DNA of 64,000 nucleotides from Obrimoposthia wandeli (Eukaryota): the NCBI GenBank assembly GCA_977020255.1, contig CDROCS010005363.1:1-64000 (forward strand). Reading direction: 5' to 3'. Below, one piece after another: positions 48,437 through 59,602 of this stretch. Position 1 is the first letter of the stretch, and each line of letters opens with the position of its first letter. Position numbers and translations under genes: made by a program. The notes under the pieces are model-generated. The model worked only from the letters and a program-made list of their open reading frames with translations, was not told where the DNA came from and made no database searches.

Positions 48437-49471
48437 TTAGGCTTCGGCGATCAGTGTTGCTCGTAAAGGTGCAGGATAGCCTTCTGCCGTTTTAGTTTTA
48501 TCGTCGGCATCTAAAAAATCTGTTAATGATTGATACGGCATCCAATCGGTCGAACGCTGCTCTTCCAGACTGGTTACATTTTTTTCTACGATTCTAGGGT
48601 TTTTAAATCCCGCTCGCCTCGCCCAGAGTAAAAGGGTATCGCAACTTGGTAAGAACCATACATTACGCATTTGCGCGTAGCGATCTTCTGGCATCAATAC
48701 CTCTCCCAGCTCACCTTCAATCACTAACGTTTCTAATACTAATTGGCCACCCGGTTTAAGCGTATCTTTCAGCTCGGCTAAATGATCGATAGGCGATTTT
48801 CTATGATATAAAACGCCCATTGAAAAGGTTGTATCAAAAGCTTTTAAAGGCCTTGGTACGTCTTCCATTCGCAAGGGTAATAAATCAATATTCAACGGCT
48901 GCTCTTGTCCAGACTGTTTTTGTCCAAGTTGTGCATATTGTTTGAATGCCTGGAACTGTGCGAGAAATAAACGTGAGGGATCAACGCCAACCACACGATG
49001 AGCGCCAGCACCCAGCATCCGCCACATGTGATAACCTGAGCCACAACCTACGTCTAAGATAGTTCGCCCTTCTAATGGCGCTAGATGCGCGGCAATGCGC
49101 TGCCATTTCCAATCACTACGCCATTCGGTATCGATATGTGTGTCGAAGAATTGAAACGGCCCTTTACGCCAAGGACTTAACTGTTGTAAACCCGACTTTA
49201 TTTCGCCGTTAATCTCGGCATCAGCGCTTTCATTAACGTTTCGATTACTCGATAGCTTAATTCGATCTTGCTTTAAATCTATTACAACATCCGCAATCTC
49301 TGGCAGACTTTCTAATGCATCTAACCAACGCTGCTGATCACCATGAACTTTCTCATTAAAAATGTCATTAAGCTGTTGTGGCAAAATTTCCGCCCAAGGT
49401 TTTAATAAGCTGCCTTCTTGCGCCATAGCAGCTTGAATATCATCAAACCAAGAAAATACATCTACGTTCAT
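48437..49471 (-). CDS. cmoB: tRNA U34 carboxymethyltransferase
   Basis: PWRKGPF, IDTEWRSDWKW, LDVGCGSGY, SMGVLYHR, RYAQMRNVWF. Confidence 0.97.
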   Translation of the reverse strand: MNVDVFSWFDDIQAAMAQEGSLLKPWAEILPQQLNDIFNEKVHGDQQRWLDALESLPEIADVVIDLKQDRIKLSSNRNVNESADAEINGEIKSGLQQLSPWRKGPFQFFDTHIDTEWRSDWKWQRIAAHLAPLEGRTILDVGCGSGYHMWRMLGAGAHRVVGVDPSRLFLAQFQAFKQYAQLGQKQSGQEQPLNIDLLPLRMEDVPRPLKAFDTTFSMGVLYHRKSPIDHLAELKDTLKPGGQLVLETLVIEGELGEVLMPEDRYAQMRNVWFLPSCDTLLLWARRAGFKNPRIVEKNVTSLEEQRSTDWMPYQSLTDFLDADDKTKTAEGYPAPLRATLIAEA

Positions 49472-49525
49472 ATTGGAATTCTATTTGTTAAATAATGAGT
49501 TAAAAATTGACTGCTGGTTCTGAAT

Positions 49526-50296
49526 CTATTTTATCGCGAGGTATGAAACGAAGTTAAAGCACTGATACCAACGAATCACACGGCTAAATCCTGCTTCTTT
49601 TAAACGCCCGACATGAGCACTTTCGGTTTCTGGAATAAGAACATTTTCAATGGCGCTGCGTTTTTGCGCAATCTCTAATTCACTGTAGCCGTTAGCGCGT
49701 TTAAAATCTAAATGCAGCTTATCTTGTAGTGGTTGTTCATCATCGTCGAAACAAATTTTCTCCGATAGAATTAAAGCGCCACCCTCATTTAGCCCTTTGG
49801 CTATGTCCGTTAATAGACCCAAACGCTGATCTTGAGCAATGAACTGCAACACATAATTTAAAGCCACGACAGAAGCATTTTCAATCGGCTGAGATGTAAT
49901 ATCCGCACACATTAACTCGACCTCGACCGAGCCTTCATCAAGCGCTAAATAGTGCCCCGCTTGTTCGATCATGGCGCTGGAATTATCAATGCCGATAATT
50001 TTACAATTTTTAGCCTTAACCCCATGACGCATCGCCAACGTTACCGCACCCAATGAACACCCTAAGTCGTACAAGTTGGTATTATCACGAGCATACTCAC
50101 CCGCAATCACTCCCGACATAGCGACAGTTTCGGCATAACCCGGTACCGAGCGCTTAATCATATCTGGAAAAACACGAGCAACAGCGCTATCAAACGTAAA
50201 CTGACCGGCGACTTCAACGCCTGAACTGTTAGCGAATATGTCATCCGCTGCGCTTAATGAATCACTGTTATTTAGGCTGGAAGGCTTATCTGTCAT
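49526..50296 (-). CDS. cmoA: Carboxy-S-adenosyl-L-methionine synthase
   Basis: VFPDMIKRSVPGY, YDLGCSLG, FKRANGYSELEI. Confidence 0.97.
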   Translation of the reverse strand: MTDKPSSLNNSDSLSAADDIFANSSGVEVAGQFTFDSAVARVFPDMIKRSVPGYAETVAMSGVIAGEYARDNTNLYDLGCSLGAVTLAMRHGVKAKNCKIIGIDNSSAMIEQAGHYLALDEGSVEVELMCADITSQPIENASVVALNYVLQFIAQDQRLGLLTDIAKGLNEGGALILSEKICFDDDEQPLQDKLHLDFKRANGYSELEIAQKRSAIENVLIPETESAHVGRLKEAGFSRVIRWYQCFNFVSYLAIK

Positions 50297-50395
50297 GCTG
50301 GGTATCGTATGAAATTGAGTGAGTATTTGAATGCTTCTATTTGATGACTCTATTCTAACGCATAGGGCTAACGACTGGCTATTTCTTGTGTCTGA

Positions 50396-50695
50396 CTATT
50401 TAACCGCTGCTGATTTTTTCTTACTAGGAGCCGCTGGTGCTAAGCCCATATCATCTAAGCGTAATAATATTTCGTATTTTTGCGTACGAGCAACTTCTTG
50501 CCAATGAACATCTTGCTGAGCCCCCAGAATCGCGTAAATTGAATTCAAGCCAGTGCCTTTTACAGTCTTTTTTAAATCAGCGTATAACTCAAAGGCATCG
50601 ACCTGCATAAATTGCTCTACTGACTCGATCCCTACCTGAGCAAGAATTTCTTCGCTTTTTGGCCCAAAGCCTTTTAAATCACGCAGTCTGGACAA
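50396..50695 (-). CDS. TfoX C-terminal domain protein
   Basis: LRDLKGFGPKSEEILAQVGI and YAILGA..HW patterns; TTG start inferred. Confidence 0.75.
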   Translation of the reverse strand: MSRLRDLKGFGPKSEEILAQVGIESVEQFMQVDAFELYADLKKTVKGTGLNSIYAILGAQQDVHWQEVARTQKYEILLRLDDMGLAPAAPSKKKSAAVK

Positions 50696-51254
50696 GCCGA
50701 ACTTCCTCAAAGTGATTATTGAGATGCAATACATGCGCTAATGCATACTCTTCCTTGCCTAATGTGCCATAAGCAAAATGCGGCTGTAGTAGACCCTGAT
50801 ACTGATCAAATTTTATAACAGCTTGCTCTAACCTTAATAATGCTTCTCGAGATGCTTGTGAGGATTCTACTCGTGGCGCACCTGGAATATCTTCTGCCAA
50901 GCCATGCGTCATTTTTCCCCATAAAGAGAAACCCTTAAAGGCTAACGGCCCAATGGTTTGTTTAAAAAAATCAGGTTTGTGTTGTGGATACCCGTCGATA
51001 GAATATTCAATACTTTGCGCGGTATGGTTAAATATTTGCGCTAGATTCCACTCGCCTTCGGTCACTAAGCTTTCTAGTGGTAAAGACTGTAAGAACGAAA
51101 TCAATTTATTAAGATCAAGCCCTTGATTTTCGATATCAAGAGGCAATACTTCAACGCCAGTTCCCTCTACATCAGTACGTCCTGCACTCACAAGAGGCAC
51201 CTGCATCGATACTGCAGATAACAGCGAAAAAGATAAAAATTCACGACGTTTCAT
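50679..51254 (-). CDS. Tat-signal DinB/DUF1569-like protein
   Basis: MKRREFL twin-arginine signal; WNLAQIFNH..QSIEYS, HFAYG, HLNNH His motifs. Confidence 0.8.
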   Translation of the reverse strand: MKRREFLSFSLLSAVSMQVPLVSAGRTDVEGTGVEVLPLDIENQGLDLNKLISFLQSLPLESLVTEGEWNLAQIFNHTAQSIEYSIDGYPQHKPDFFKQTIGPLAFKGFSLWGKMTHGLAEDIPGAPRVESSQASREALLRLEQAVIKFDQYQGLLQPHFAYGTLGKEEYALAHVLHLNNHFEEVRLVQTA

Positions 51255-52485
51255 TACTATTGTCCTTTCTTCCTTGAGGAATTTTCTTTTTGATCCGCAC
51301 ACCGAGTTCAACAAATTGATTGGCAGTATTCACGAGATTGCCACGTCCTTGCGCTAACGAACTGTACGTTTCGTCATAGGTTTTCTGTGCACTATTTAAT
51401 TGGCTGCCGAGCTTATCCATCTTCTCAACCACAATACGTAAACGGTCATATACTTTACCGGCATGCTCACTCAGCTCATCAGCGCTACGGCCACGACGCT
51501 CGATCGACCACAAACTTTCAATGGTTCGCAAACTGGCTAATAAGGTAGTGGGCGTAACCACAACAATACGCTGATCAAAAGCGTCCATAAAGAGTTGTTC
51601 ATCGTGCTGAAAGGCGGCTAAAAAAGCAGGTTCAATCGGCATAAACATAAAGACAAAATCAGGGGAGTGCAGCGAAGGTAATTGCTGATAGGCTTTCGCG
51701 GACAAACTCTTAATATGATTACGAATGGCATCAATATGTTGTTTTAAAAATTGGGCTTGCGAAAGCTCATCATCGGCATTCACATAATCGTTATAGGCAT
51801 TCAGCGATACTTTGGCATCGACGATAATGTGCTTATCTTCTGGCAAGTTAATGATTACATCAGGCCGATAATTTTGCCCATCATCGGTTTTATGATTCTG
51901 CTCTCGCACATACTCTTCACCCAAGCGTAAACCTGATCGTTCGAGCACAGTCTCTAAAACCAACTCACCCCAGTTACCTTGAGTTTTCTTATCACCACGC
52001 AAAGCTTTACTCAATGCACTCGCTTCTGCCGTAATGTTTTGATTAAGTCGGTGTAATTCACTGATTTGATTTTTTAATACCGCGCGGTCTTTTGCATCAT
52101 GCAGATGAACATCTTCGACTTTTTTCCTCAGCCCTTCTAACTGATCTTTAAAAGGGTGCAAAATAGCATCAAGACCTTGCTTATTTTGTTGCTGTTTTTC
52201 ATTGAAGATTTTATGCGAAAGATTTTCAAAGGCTTGCTGTTGTTGCTGATATTGTTGCTTATGCAGCTCTTGATTGTACTGCTGTTGTTGGCTTTGTTGC
52301 TGTTGCTGGTTTTGAAGCTTCTGTTTTAACAGAGCGTTTTCCACCAGCAGTTCCTGCTCGCCGATCTTAATGCCTAATTTTTGCCCAATCTCTTTTCCTA
52401 TTGCTAGGCAGCCATAACAGCAACCTAACAACAGCAAAGTAAAAAACAAAAAAATCATCCATGGCTCGAGCATTAAAGCGTCCAT
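51241..52485 (-). CDS. rmuC: DNA recombination protein RmuC
   Basis: KTQGNWGE..LE, RPDVIINLP, IIVDAKVSL, DFVFMFMP, VVVTPTTL. Confidence 0.93.
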   Translation of the reverse strand: MDALMLEPWMIFLFFTLLLLGCCYGCLAIGKEIGQKLGIKIGEQELLVENALLKQKLQNQQQQQSQQQQYNQELHKQQYQQQQQAFENLSHKIFNEKQQQNKQGLDAILHPFKDQLEGLRKKVEDVHLHDAKDRAVLKNQISELHRLNQNITAEASALSKALRGDKKTQGNWGELVLETVLERSGLRLGEEYVREQNHKTDDGQNYRPDVIINLPEDKHIIVDAKVSLNAYNDYVNADDELSQAQFLKQHIDAIRNHIKSLSAKAYQQLPSLHSPDFVFMFMPIEPAFLAAFQHDEQLFMDAFDQRIVVVTPTTLLASLRTIESLWSIERRGRSADELSEHAGKVYDRLRIVVEKMDKLGSQLNSAQKTYDETYSSLAQGRGNLVNTANQFVELGVRIKKKIPQGRKDNSNETS

Positions 52486-52490
52486 TTGAA

Positions 52491-53579
52491 TTAGTCTTGG
52501 CTACCTAACGTCGTCAACTGCTCTGTTTGATGTTCAGTAATCAATGGTCTCACCACGGATCCTAAATCACCCTGCATCACTTCATCAAGCTTGTATAACG
52601 TTAGGTTGATTCTATGATCGGTAACACGACCTTGCGGGTAGTTATAAGTACGAATACGTTCTGAACGATCGCCACTGCCCACTAAACTTTTACGCTCGGC
52701 TGCTTGTTCCGCTTGCTGCTTTTGCAATACGGCATCGTTAATTCGACTGGCAAGAACCGTCATCGCCTTAGCACGGTTTTTATGCTGAGAACGTTCGTCT
52801 TGGCATTCAACCACAAAGCCTGTTGGGATGTGCGTTAAGCGAATCGCCGAATCGGTTTTGTTAACGTGCTGACCACCCGAACCTGAGGCACGGAAGGTAT
52901 CAACGCGTAAATCACCTTTCTTAATTTCAATCGCGTCTTCGCCTTCAACTTCAGGCATAACTACAACCGTGCAAGCAGAGGTATGAACTCGACCCTGAGA
53001 TTCAGTTTCAGGTACACGCTGTACACGATGAGCACCGGACTCAAATTTTAATTGCGAATAAACATCACTGCCTGAAATGCGCGCGATGATTTCTTTATAA
53101 CCACCGTGATCACCCGTATTGGTATTCAATATTTCAACACGAAAACCTTGTGTCTCGGCATAGCGAGAATACATGCGGTATAAATCACCAGAAAATATCG
53201 CCGCTTCATCACCACCAGTACCGGCGCGAATTTCTAAAATAACGTTACGTCCGTCATTAGGATCTTTTGGCAATAACAAAACTTGTAACTCAGCTTCTAG
53301 GGCTTCTAACGTTGCCTTGGCTGATTTATATTCTTCTTGACCCATTTCACGCATTTCTGGGTCTTCGTCTTTTAATAGCAGCTCTGCTTCAGAGAAATCA
53401 CCTTGCGCTTCGGTAAACGATTCATAAGCCTGTACAACGGGCTCTAGTTCAGCATATTCTTTGGATAAATTGCGAAACTTATCCTGATTCGAGATAATTT
53501 CATTATCACTTAAGAGAAAACCGATCTCTTCGTAGCGCTCACTTAAATGCTGTAACTTATGAACTAATGATTCTTTCAT
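52491..53579 (-). CDS. prfA: Peptide chain release factor 1
   Basis: GGQ motif, PxT (VPETE), [13 protein letters not shown]. Confidence 0.98.
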   Translation of the reverse strand: MKESLVHKLQHLSERYEEIGFLLSDNEIISNQDKFRNLSKEYAELEPVVQAYESFTEAQGDFSEAELLLKDEDPEMREMGQEEYKSAKATLEALEAELQVLLLPKDPNDGRNVILEIRAGTGGDEAAIFSGDLYRMYSRYAETQGFRVEILNTNTGDHGGYKEIIARISGSDVYSQLKFESGAHRVQRVPETESQGRVHTSACTVVVMPEVEGEDAIEIKKGDLRVDTFRASGSGGQHVNKTDSAIRLTHIPTGFVVECQDERSQHKNRAKAMTVLASRINDAVLQKQQAEQAAERKSLVGSGDRSERIRTYNYPQGRVTDHRINLTLYKLDEVMQGDLGSVVRPLITEHQTEQLTTLGSQD

Positions 53580-54901
53580 TCTGTTTTATTCTTCTCTTTG
53601 TTCTCAGTCGCACTGTTTTCAGTATTACTTGAGAGCTGAAATAATTCTTGTACCCAATCCATTATCTCAAGCTGGCCTTCGGCCCCTGCTTTACGCATTT
53701 GCTTGGTAGGAGTGTGCAATATTTTATTGGTATAGGTATGGGCAAACTGCTGCAGTACTTTGCTTGGGTCATCGCCGTTTGCTAGTTGCTTACGTGCTTT
53801 AACGAGACATTCATCTCTTAGGTCTTCAACTTGGCTGCGTAATGCCGTGACTGTTGAAACCACGTCCAATGAGCGCAATTCTCGCATAAAACGCTCAACA
53901 CCTGAAATAATCAACTGTTCAGCCTGCTTAGCCGCGTCTTGGCGCGATTTTACATTTTCTTCGATAATGTCTTTTAAATCATCAACGGTATACAGGAAGA
54001 CATCATTGAGATCACCGACTTCCTCTTCTATATCACGAGGAACGGCTATATCGACCATAAACATAGGGGCATGACGGCGTTTCTTTAATGCTCGCTCTAC
54101 CGTGCCTTTGCCTAATATTGGCAGTGGACTGGCCGTTGATGAAATAACGATGTCAGCTCTTGGTAGCTCTTGCGCAATATCTTCCAGTAAGACGGCTTCA
54201 GCATGGAATTGCTCAGCCAACTTTTGCGCTCGTGCCAACGTGCGGTTGGCAACAATAATTTGTTTAATACCGGCATCTTTTAAATGCTTAGCCACCAAAT
54301 CGATGGTTTCACCAGCACCAATTAGTAATGCCGTACTTTTACTGAAATCACTAAAAATATGTTTTGCCATACTAACGGCGGCAAAGGCTACCGATACAGG
54401 ATTTTGGCCAATAGCGGTATTGGTACGAACATCTTTAGCAACAGTGAAGGTCTGACGAAATAAACGCCCAAGCTCACTGCCAGTCGTTCCTGCTTGCTGA
54501 GAAACAGCAAAAGCAGATTTGAATTGACCTAAAATTTGAGGTTCACCGAGTACCAATGAGTCTAAGCCACTAGCAACGCGCATCATATGCTGAACAGCAT
54601 CCGTATCATGATGAATATAAGATGAGTCATTTAAGACTTGCTCATCAACATCGTGATGAGTACTAAGCCAAGAAAGTAAGGCTTGCCCTGTTTGCTTATC
54701 AGCTTCGTCACCCTCATCTATATAGGAGCAATAGATTTCAGTGCGATTACAGGTCGATAGAATTGATACTTCAGTAACGGGCGCTAATGTTTGCAGCACT
54801 TGCTGGAGAACATCCGGCATAGTTGCTGGATCAAATGAAACCTTTTCACGGACTGCCACAGGGGCTGTTTTGTGATTAATACCAAGCGCTATGATTCCCA
54901 T
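53576..54901 (-). CDS. hemA: Glutamyl-tRNA reductase
   Basis: [42 protein letters not shown]. Confidence 0.98.
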   Translation of the reverse strand: MGIIALGINHKTAPVAVREKVSFDPATMPDVLQQVLQTLAPVTEVSILSTCNRTEIYCSYIDEGDEADKQTGQALLSWLSTHHDVDEQVLNDSSYIHHDTDAVQHMMRVASGLDSLVLGEPQILGQFKSAFAVSQQAGTTGSELGRLFRQTFTVAKDVRTNTAIGQNPVSVAFAAVSMAKHIFSDFSKSTALLIGAGETIDLVAKHLKDAGIKQIIVANRTLARAQKLAEQFHAEAVLLEDIAQELPRADIVISSTASPLPILGKGTVERALKKRRHAPMFMVDIAVPRDIEEEVGDLNDVFLYTVDDLKDIIEENVKSRQDAAKQAEQLIISGVERFMRELRSLDVVSTVTALRSQVEDLRDECLVKARKQLANGDDPSKVLQQFAHTYTNKILHTPTKQMRKAGAEGQLEIMDWVQELFQLSSNTENSATENKEKNKTE

Positions 54902-55085
54902 CTGAAATTAAATCTGACCTTTTAAATAATGACGTATCAACGAAAGCAGAACAGTATAACGGGAAATAATCATGAAATCTTTTCCACATTGCACTGTCTA
55001 CTGTTATTTCGCCCATAATAAAGACTTAGCGCTGACTTTTAGTTAACTTTCAGAGTATGCTGTTGACAGGAATGAATGGATAAAG

Positions 55086-56873
55086 ATGGTTATGTTATTA
55101 CGGATTGTTACCTTATTAATCGCCACTGGCTTAATTGCAGGCTGTTCTTTTCTGCCTATCGGCAATAACCCAGCTAATTCAAACAAGATCGCAGAGCCTC
55201 CATCAGCTCAAGCTGAAATAGGCGATAGTAAAACTGTAAGCTCTAATGAGGCTGAAAATTACGCCCCCTTCCCTGCGTCTACGCTTTATTCATTATTAGT
55301 TGCCGAAGTTGCTGGCCAGCGTCAACAGTTCGATGTATCCCTCGCAAATTATCTAGATCAAGCACGTAAAACCCAAGACCCTAATATCGCAGAGCGAGCC
55401 ACTCGTATTGCCCAATACCTAGGAACGAATCAATATACCTTAGAAGCGGCGAAACTTTGGGTCGCTAACGCACCTCTTGAAGCTCAAGCGCACCAAGTTT
55501 TAGCCCATGCGTTAATGAAAGCCGGCGATTTTTCCTCAGCACTGAATCATATGGCTTCGGTATTGGAACTGGCAGGCGCCAGTCAGTTTGATTACCTTGC
55601 GTTAAATGCACAGTCATTAAGCCGTAACGGAAAACTCGATTTATTACAGCAATTTGAATTACTAACACAAAAACATAGTGATTACGCTCAGCTCTGGATG
55701 GCTCAAGGTACTTTATTACTGCAGCTTGAGGACTATCCCGCAGCGTTAATTGCTCTTAATCAAGCGCTATCACTAAGAGAAGAATATACGGCGGCGGCCC
55801 TGACCAAAGCCAGAGTTTTACATAAATTACAGCATGCAGAAGAAGCACTCGTATTGCTAGATGATTTGCACGATAGCCTCCCTAAGCATAAAGGCATCGG
55901 CGTATTACGTGCTCGTATTCTTATTGATCTCAAACGATTCAGCGAAGCTCGCGCGGCTTTCCAATACTTGGCTCAAATATTTACAAATGATTATTCTATC
56001 CACTTATCCCTAGGCTTATTGCATATGGAGCTGGATGAATATGATCAAGCTATTGCAGTCTTAAGCCCACTGACATTGCAGGATACAATAGCCCACGAAG
56101 CCTATTTCTATTTGGGGCGCATTGCTGAGAAGCAACAAGACCCCGCTCGTGCACTGCGAAACTTTCAAAATGTTCAGCAAGGGCGTCAGTTTTTACCCGC
56201 TCAGCTTAAAGCCTCACTAATATTAATCGAACGTGAAAGTATAAATGCAGCACGTGACTACCTGACCCATAAACGTAGTGAGTTCCCCATTTACGACATT
56301 GAACTCTTACAATTAGAAGTGGAGCTATTAATTAAGCACGACCAGGCCGACGACGCCTATCAATTGGTTAGCTCTGCATTAATAGAGTCGCCGGATGATA
56401 CCAAACTGCTTTATAGCAGAGGCTTGCTAGCGGAGAAACTGGGGAATATTCAACAACTAGAAACGGATTTACGCCATATTATTAGATTAACCCCTGATAA
56501 CGCAGAAGCTATAAATGCCCTTGGATATACTCTTGCCGATAAAACCGATCGTATTGATGAAGCGCTTGGCTTAATACAACAAGCCTTAGCTATTGCTCCT
56601 AATAATCCAGCTATCATAGATAGCTTAGGCTGGGTATATTATCGACTAGGTGATTTAAACCAAGCTTTAGAATTACTGCAAAAAGCATTTAATGATTTTC
56701 CTGATCATGAGGTTGCCGCGCACTTAGGCGAAGTACTTTGGAAGCTAGAGCGCAAAGATGAGGCAAAAAATGCTTGGCAACAGGGCTTGGAACAAAAGCC
56801 TGATAGTCCTATTATAATAGATGCTTTAAAGCGATTTAATCTAGGCCCTGATTTACAATCTATTCCAGAGTGA
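55086..56873 (+). CDS. TPR-repeat lipoprotein (hemA-lolB locus)
   Basis: Lipobox IAGC, many TPRs, ALNALGY..AD, IIDSLGWVYYRLG, PDHEVAAHLGEVLW. Confidence 0.9.
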   Translation: MVMLLRIVTLLIATGLIAGCSFLPIGNNPANSNKIAEPPSAQAEIGDSKTVSSNEAENYAPFPASTLYSLLVAEVAGQRQQFDVSLANYLDQARKTQDPNIAERATRIAQYLGTNQYTLEAAKLWVANAPLEAQAHQVLAHALMKAGDFSSALNHMASVLELAGASQFDYLALNAQSLSRNGKLDLLQQFELLTQKHSDYAQLWMAQGTLLLQLEDYPAALIALNQALSLREEYTAAALTKARVLHKLQHAEEALVLLDDLHDSLPKHKGIGVLRARILIDLKRFSEARAAFQYLAQIFTNDYSIHLSLGLLHMELDEYDQAIAVLSPLTLQDTIAHEAYFYLGRIAEKQQDPARALRNFQNVQQGRQFLPAQLKASLILIERESINAARDYLTHKRSEFPIYDIELLQLEVELLIKHDQADDAYQLVSSALIESPDDTKLLYSRGLLAEKLGNIQQLETDLRHIIRLTPDNAEAINALGYTLADKTDRIDEALGLIQQALAIAPNNPAIIDSLGWVYYRLGDLNQALELLQKAFNDFPDHEVAAHLGEVLWKLERKDEAKNAWQQGLEQKPDSPIIIDALKRFNLGPDLQSIPE

Positions 56874-56886
56874 AAACCCTCAACAA

Positions 56887-57471
56887 ATGAAAGTCATAAA
56901 TTATGGACTCATGCTTTTTGTTAGCATGAGCCTATCCGGTTGCAGCACTTTTAACCTGCAGCAAGATAGCCAGCAATTACAAAAACAGCTCAATAACATT
57001 CAACAATGGCAAGTTCGTGGCAAGCTATCCGTAGTGAGTCCCAACGATGCGGTAACAGGCTATTTAACCTGGCAGCAAGATAAAGAAGATTTTGATCTGT
57101 TTTTATCCGGGCCTTTTGGCCAAGGCTCTAGCCGTCTTGTCGGAGATAACGGCCAGGCAACGCTTACCATCCCTAACCAAGAGCCTGTTAAAGCACCCTC
57201 TGCTGAATATTTAATGGCTCGGTATTTAGGTTGGCAATTTCCTGTATTAGATCTTCGCTATTGGGTTAAAGGTCAAGCTAGCCCAAACTCAACGTCTACC
57301 GAAGTACGCGATACTTTGGGGCTATTAGAAAGCCTACAGCAACACGATTGGAAAGTTGAATTCTCGCGTTACCAACGTAAAGGCGGCACCTGGCTACCTG
57401 GACGAGTAAAAATGACGGGGCATGACTTCAAATTTATTTTTGCGATCAAAGAGTGGTCTATTCATGATTAA
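56887..57471 (+). CDS. lolB: Outer-membrane lipoprotein receptor LolB
   Basis: Lipobox LSGC, WQVRGKL, GPFG, LGWQFPV..L.YWVKG; canonical position before ispE. Confidence 0.92.
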   Translation: MKVINYGLMLFVSMSLSGCSTFNLQQDSQQLQKQLNNIQQWQVRGKLSVVSPNDAVTGYLTWQQDKEDFDLFLSGPFGQGSSRLVGDNGQATLTIPNQEPVKAPSAEYLMARYLGWQFPVLDLRYWVKGQASPNSTSTEVRDTLGLLESLQQHDWKVEFSRYQRKGGTWLPGRVKMTGHDFKFIFAIKEWSIHD

Positions 57472-58348
57472 TACGAATGCTCCATGGCTAAAAATACCCG
57501 CCCCAGCAAAATTAAATCTAATGCTCCACATTACAGGCCGTCGTCCTGATGGCTATCATGAACTGCAAACCATCTTTCAGTTCTTAGACTATGGTGATCA
57601 GCTTAGCTATCAAATTCGCAAGGATGATGAGCTCAGACTCTCTCCAGAGATTGAAGGCGTTAATTTCGAAGATAATTTAATTATCAAAGCCGCACGCTGC
57701 TTGCAGGCTCATACCAAAGCAATCAATAAAACCTGCGGTGCGAATATTCTATTAGAAAAGACATTACCCATGGGCGGTGGCTTAGGCGGCGGTAGTTCTG
57801 ATGCCGCTACAACCATGCTAGCACTCAACAAATTATGGCAATTAAATTTAACACTCGATGAGCTCGCTGACATTGGGGTGAAGCTAGGAGCCGACGTACC
57901 TGTCTTTATTAAAGGCCAAGCTTGCTGGGCCGAAGGGGTCGGAGAAAAAATCACGCCTCTGCCTGATTTAGCGGAAAATTGGTTCCTTGTCGCCTGCCCA
58001 AATGCTCATTCGGACACAAAAGAAATTTTTTCGCATAAAGAGTTGACAAGGGACAGTGAGATCCTTAATATGCGCCACGCACTTGAGGGACAAGCCGCTA
58101 ACAACAGCCGTAATGACTGCCAGTTAGTTGCTTCGAAACTCAGTCCTGAAATTGGTAAGACATTGAATTTGCTAAACAAATTTGGTTCTGCTAAGATGAC
58201 AGGAACTGGAGCTTGTGTTTTCTTAAGCTTAGCTTCAGAGAACAAAGCAACGAAAGTTGCAAGTAAGCTTCCGGCTGAATTAACTACTTTTATTGCGAAA
58301 GGTACTAACCTTTCTTCTGCACATAAGGTATTATTCGGCTCCGTTTGA
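57464..58348 (+). CDS. ispE: 4-diphosphocytidyl-2-C-methyl-D-erythritol kinase
   Basis: PAKLNL, GYHELQT, PMGGGLGGGSSDAA, LGADVP, MTGTG. Confidence 0.97.
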   Translation: MINTNAPWLKIPAPAKLNLMLHITGRRPDGYHELQTIFQFLDYGDQLSYQIRKDDELRLSPEIEGVNFEDNLIIKAARCLQAHTKAINKTCGANILLEKTLPMGGGLGGGSSDAATTMLALNKLWQLNLTLDELADIGVKLGADVPVFIKGQACWAEGVGEKITPLPDLAENWFLVACPNAHSDTKEIFSHKELTRDSEILNMRHALEGQAANNSRNDCQLVASKLSPEIGKTLNLLNKFGSAKMTGTGACVFLSLASENKATKVASKLPAELTTFIAKGTNLSSAHKVLFGSV

Positions 58349-58368
58349 AAAAACGGTTTTTAAAAAGT

Positions 58369-58443
58369 TGGGATGTCGCCAAGCGGTAAGGCAACGGGTT
58401 TTGATCCCGTCATGCGCAGGTTCAAATCCTGCCATCCCAGCCA
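58369..58443 (+). tRNA. tRNA-Gln(TTG)
   Basis: Acceptor TGGGATG/CATCCCA, anticodon arm ACGGG-TT-TTG-AT-CCCGT, T-arm GCAGG-TTCAAAT-CCTGC, encoded CCA; canonical ispE-tRNA-Gln-prs position. Confidence 0.97.
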
Positions 58444-58490
58444 ACTTTTCTTATTTATCCATTATTGAAAAAATCTAAAGGTGACCCATA

Positions 58491-59432
58491 GTGTCCAAAC
58501 TGATGGTATTTACCGGCAACGCCAATCCTAAATTAGCAAAGCTAGTCGTTGAACGTTTAGATATTCCAATGGGCGAAATGTCCGTAGGCAAATTCAGTGA
58601 TGGTGAAATCACCGTTGAAATTGATGAAAATGTACGCGGTAAAGACGTTTTTATTATTCAACCGACCTGTACGCCAACCAACGATAACTTGATGGAACTT
58701 CTGCTAATGGCAGATGGCTTACGTCGTGCATCCGCTGCCCGTATCACCGCAGTTGTTCCTTATTTTGGTTATGCACGCCAAGATCGTCGTCCTCGCAGTG
58801 CTCGTGTGCCAATTAGTGCCCGTGCTGTTGCTGACATGATGGTAGGCGCAGGTATCGATCGCGTATTAACAGTTGATTTACACGCCGATCAAATCCAGGG
58901 CTTTTTCAGTGTCCCTGTTGATAACGTTTACGGTTCCCCTATTTTATTAGATGATATTGCCCGTCAGAAATACGAAGATTTAATCGTTGTTTCTCCAGAC
59001 GTTGGTGGTGTTGTTCGCGCACGCGCTATCGCTAAACAGTTAAATGTTGATCTAGCGATTATTGATAAGCGTCGCCCAGAAGCCAATGTTGCCGAAATCA
59101 TGAACATCATCGGTGATGTTGAAGGTCGTACTTGTGTCTTAGTAGACGACATGGTCGATACAGCAGGTACTTTGTGTCACGCTGCTGCTGCATTAAAAGA
59201 ACGTGGTGCAAAACGCGTTGTTGCTTATTGTACTCACCCTGTTTTATCTGGCCCAGCCATTGATCGTTTGAAAGTATCTGACATCGACGAATTAGTTGTG
59301 TCCGATACCATTCCATTGTCTTCTGCCGCACAAAAATCTGGCCGTGTTCGTCAATTGACGATTGCTGGTCTACTCGCTGAATCGATTCGCCGTGTTAACA
59401 ACGAAGAATCAATCAGTGCCATGTTTCGTTAG
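58491..59432 (+). CDS. prs: Ribose-phosphate pyrophosphokinase
   Basis: [42 protein letters not shown]; GTG start. Confidence 0.98.
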   Translation: MSKLMVFTGNANPKLAKLVVERLDIPMGEMSVGKFSDGEITVEIDENVRGKDVFIIQPTCTPTNDNLMELLLMADGLRRASAARITAVVPYFGYARQDRRPRSARVPISARAVADMMVGAGIDRVLTVDLHADQIQGFFSVPVDNVYGSPILLDDIARQKYEDLIVVSPDVGGVVRARAIAKQLNVDLAIIDKRRPEANVAEIMNIIGDVEGRTCVLVDDMVDTAGTLCHAAAALKERGAKRVVAYCTHPVLSGPAIDRLKVSDIDELVVSDTIPLSSAAQKSGRVRQLTIAGLLAESIRRVNNEESISAMFR

Positions 59433-59451
59433 AAACATAACAAATTAGTTT

Positions 59452-59525
59452 CACGTTAGGGAGTTTGGTCGCAAAACTCCTTAGCATATAGAGAACCTCA
59501 AGGGTATTTTACCCTTGGGGTTTTC
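59452..59525 (+). promoter_or_regulatory. Putative rplY (L25) structured 5' leader
   Basis: Hairpin GGAGTTT-GGTCGCA-AAACTCC with a GGUCGC loop, followed by a second hairpin CCTCAAGGGT/ACCCTTGGGG; recalled resemblance to gammaproteobacterial L25 leaders. Confidence 0.6.
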
Positions 59526-59602
59526 TGCACTTAGTCTCTGCATAGTTTTAATACTAAGTTAAAACATGACTGAGACTTTATTTATATAGAAAGGTAGACC
59601 TT

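Noticed and set aside
58369-58443. tRNA-Gln as an integration site, and its TTCAAAT T-loop as unusual
   Set aside because: prs follows directly with no integrase or duplicated 3' end; TTCAA T-loops are common.
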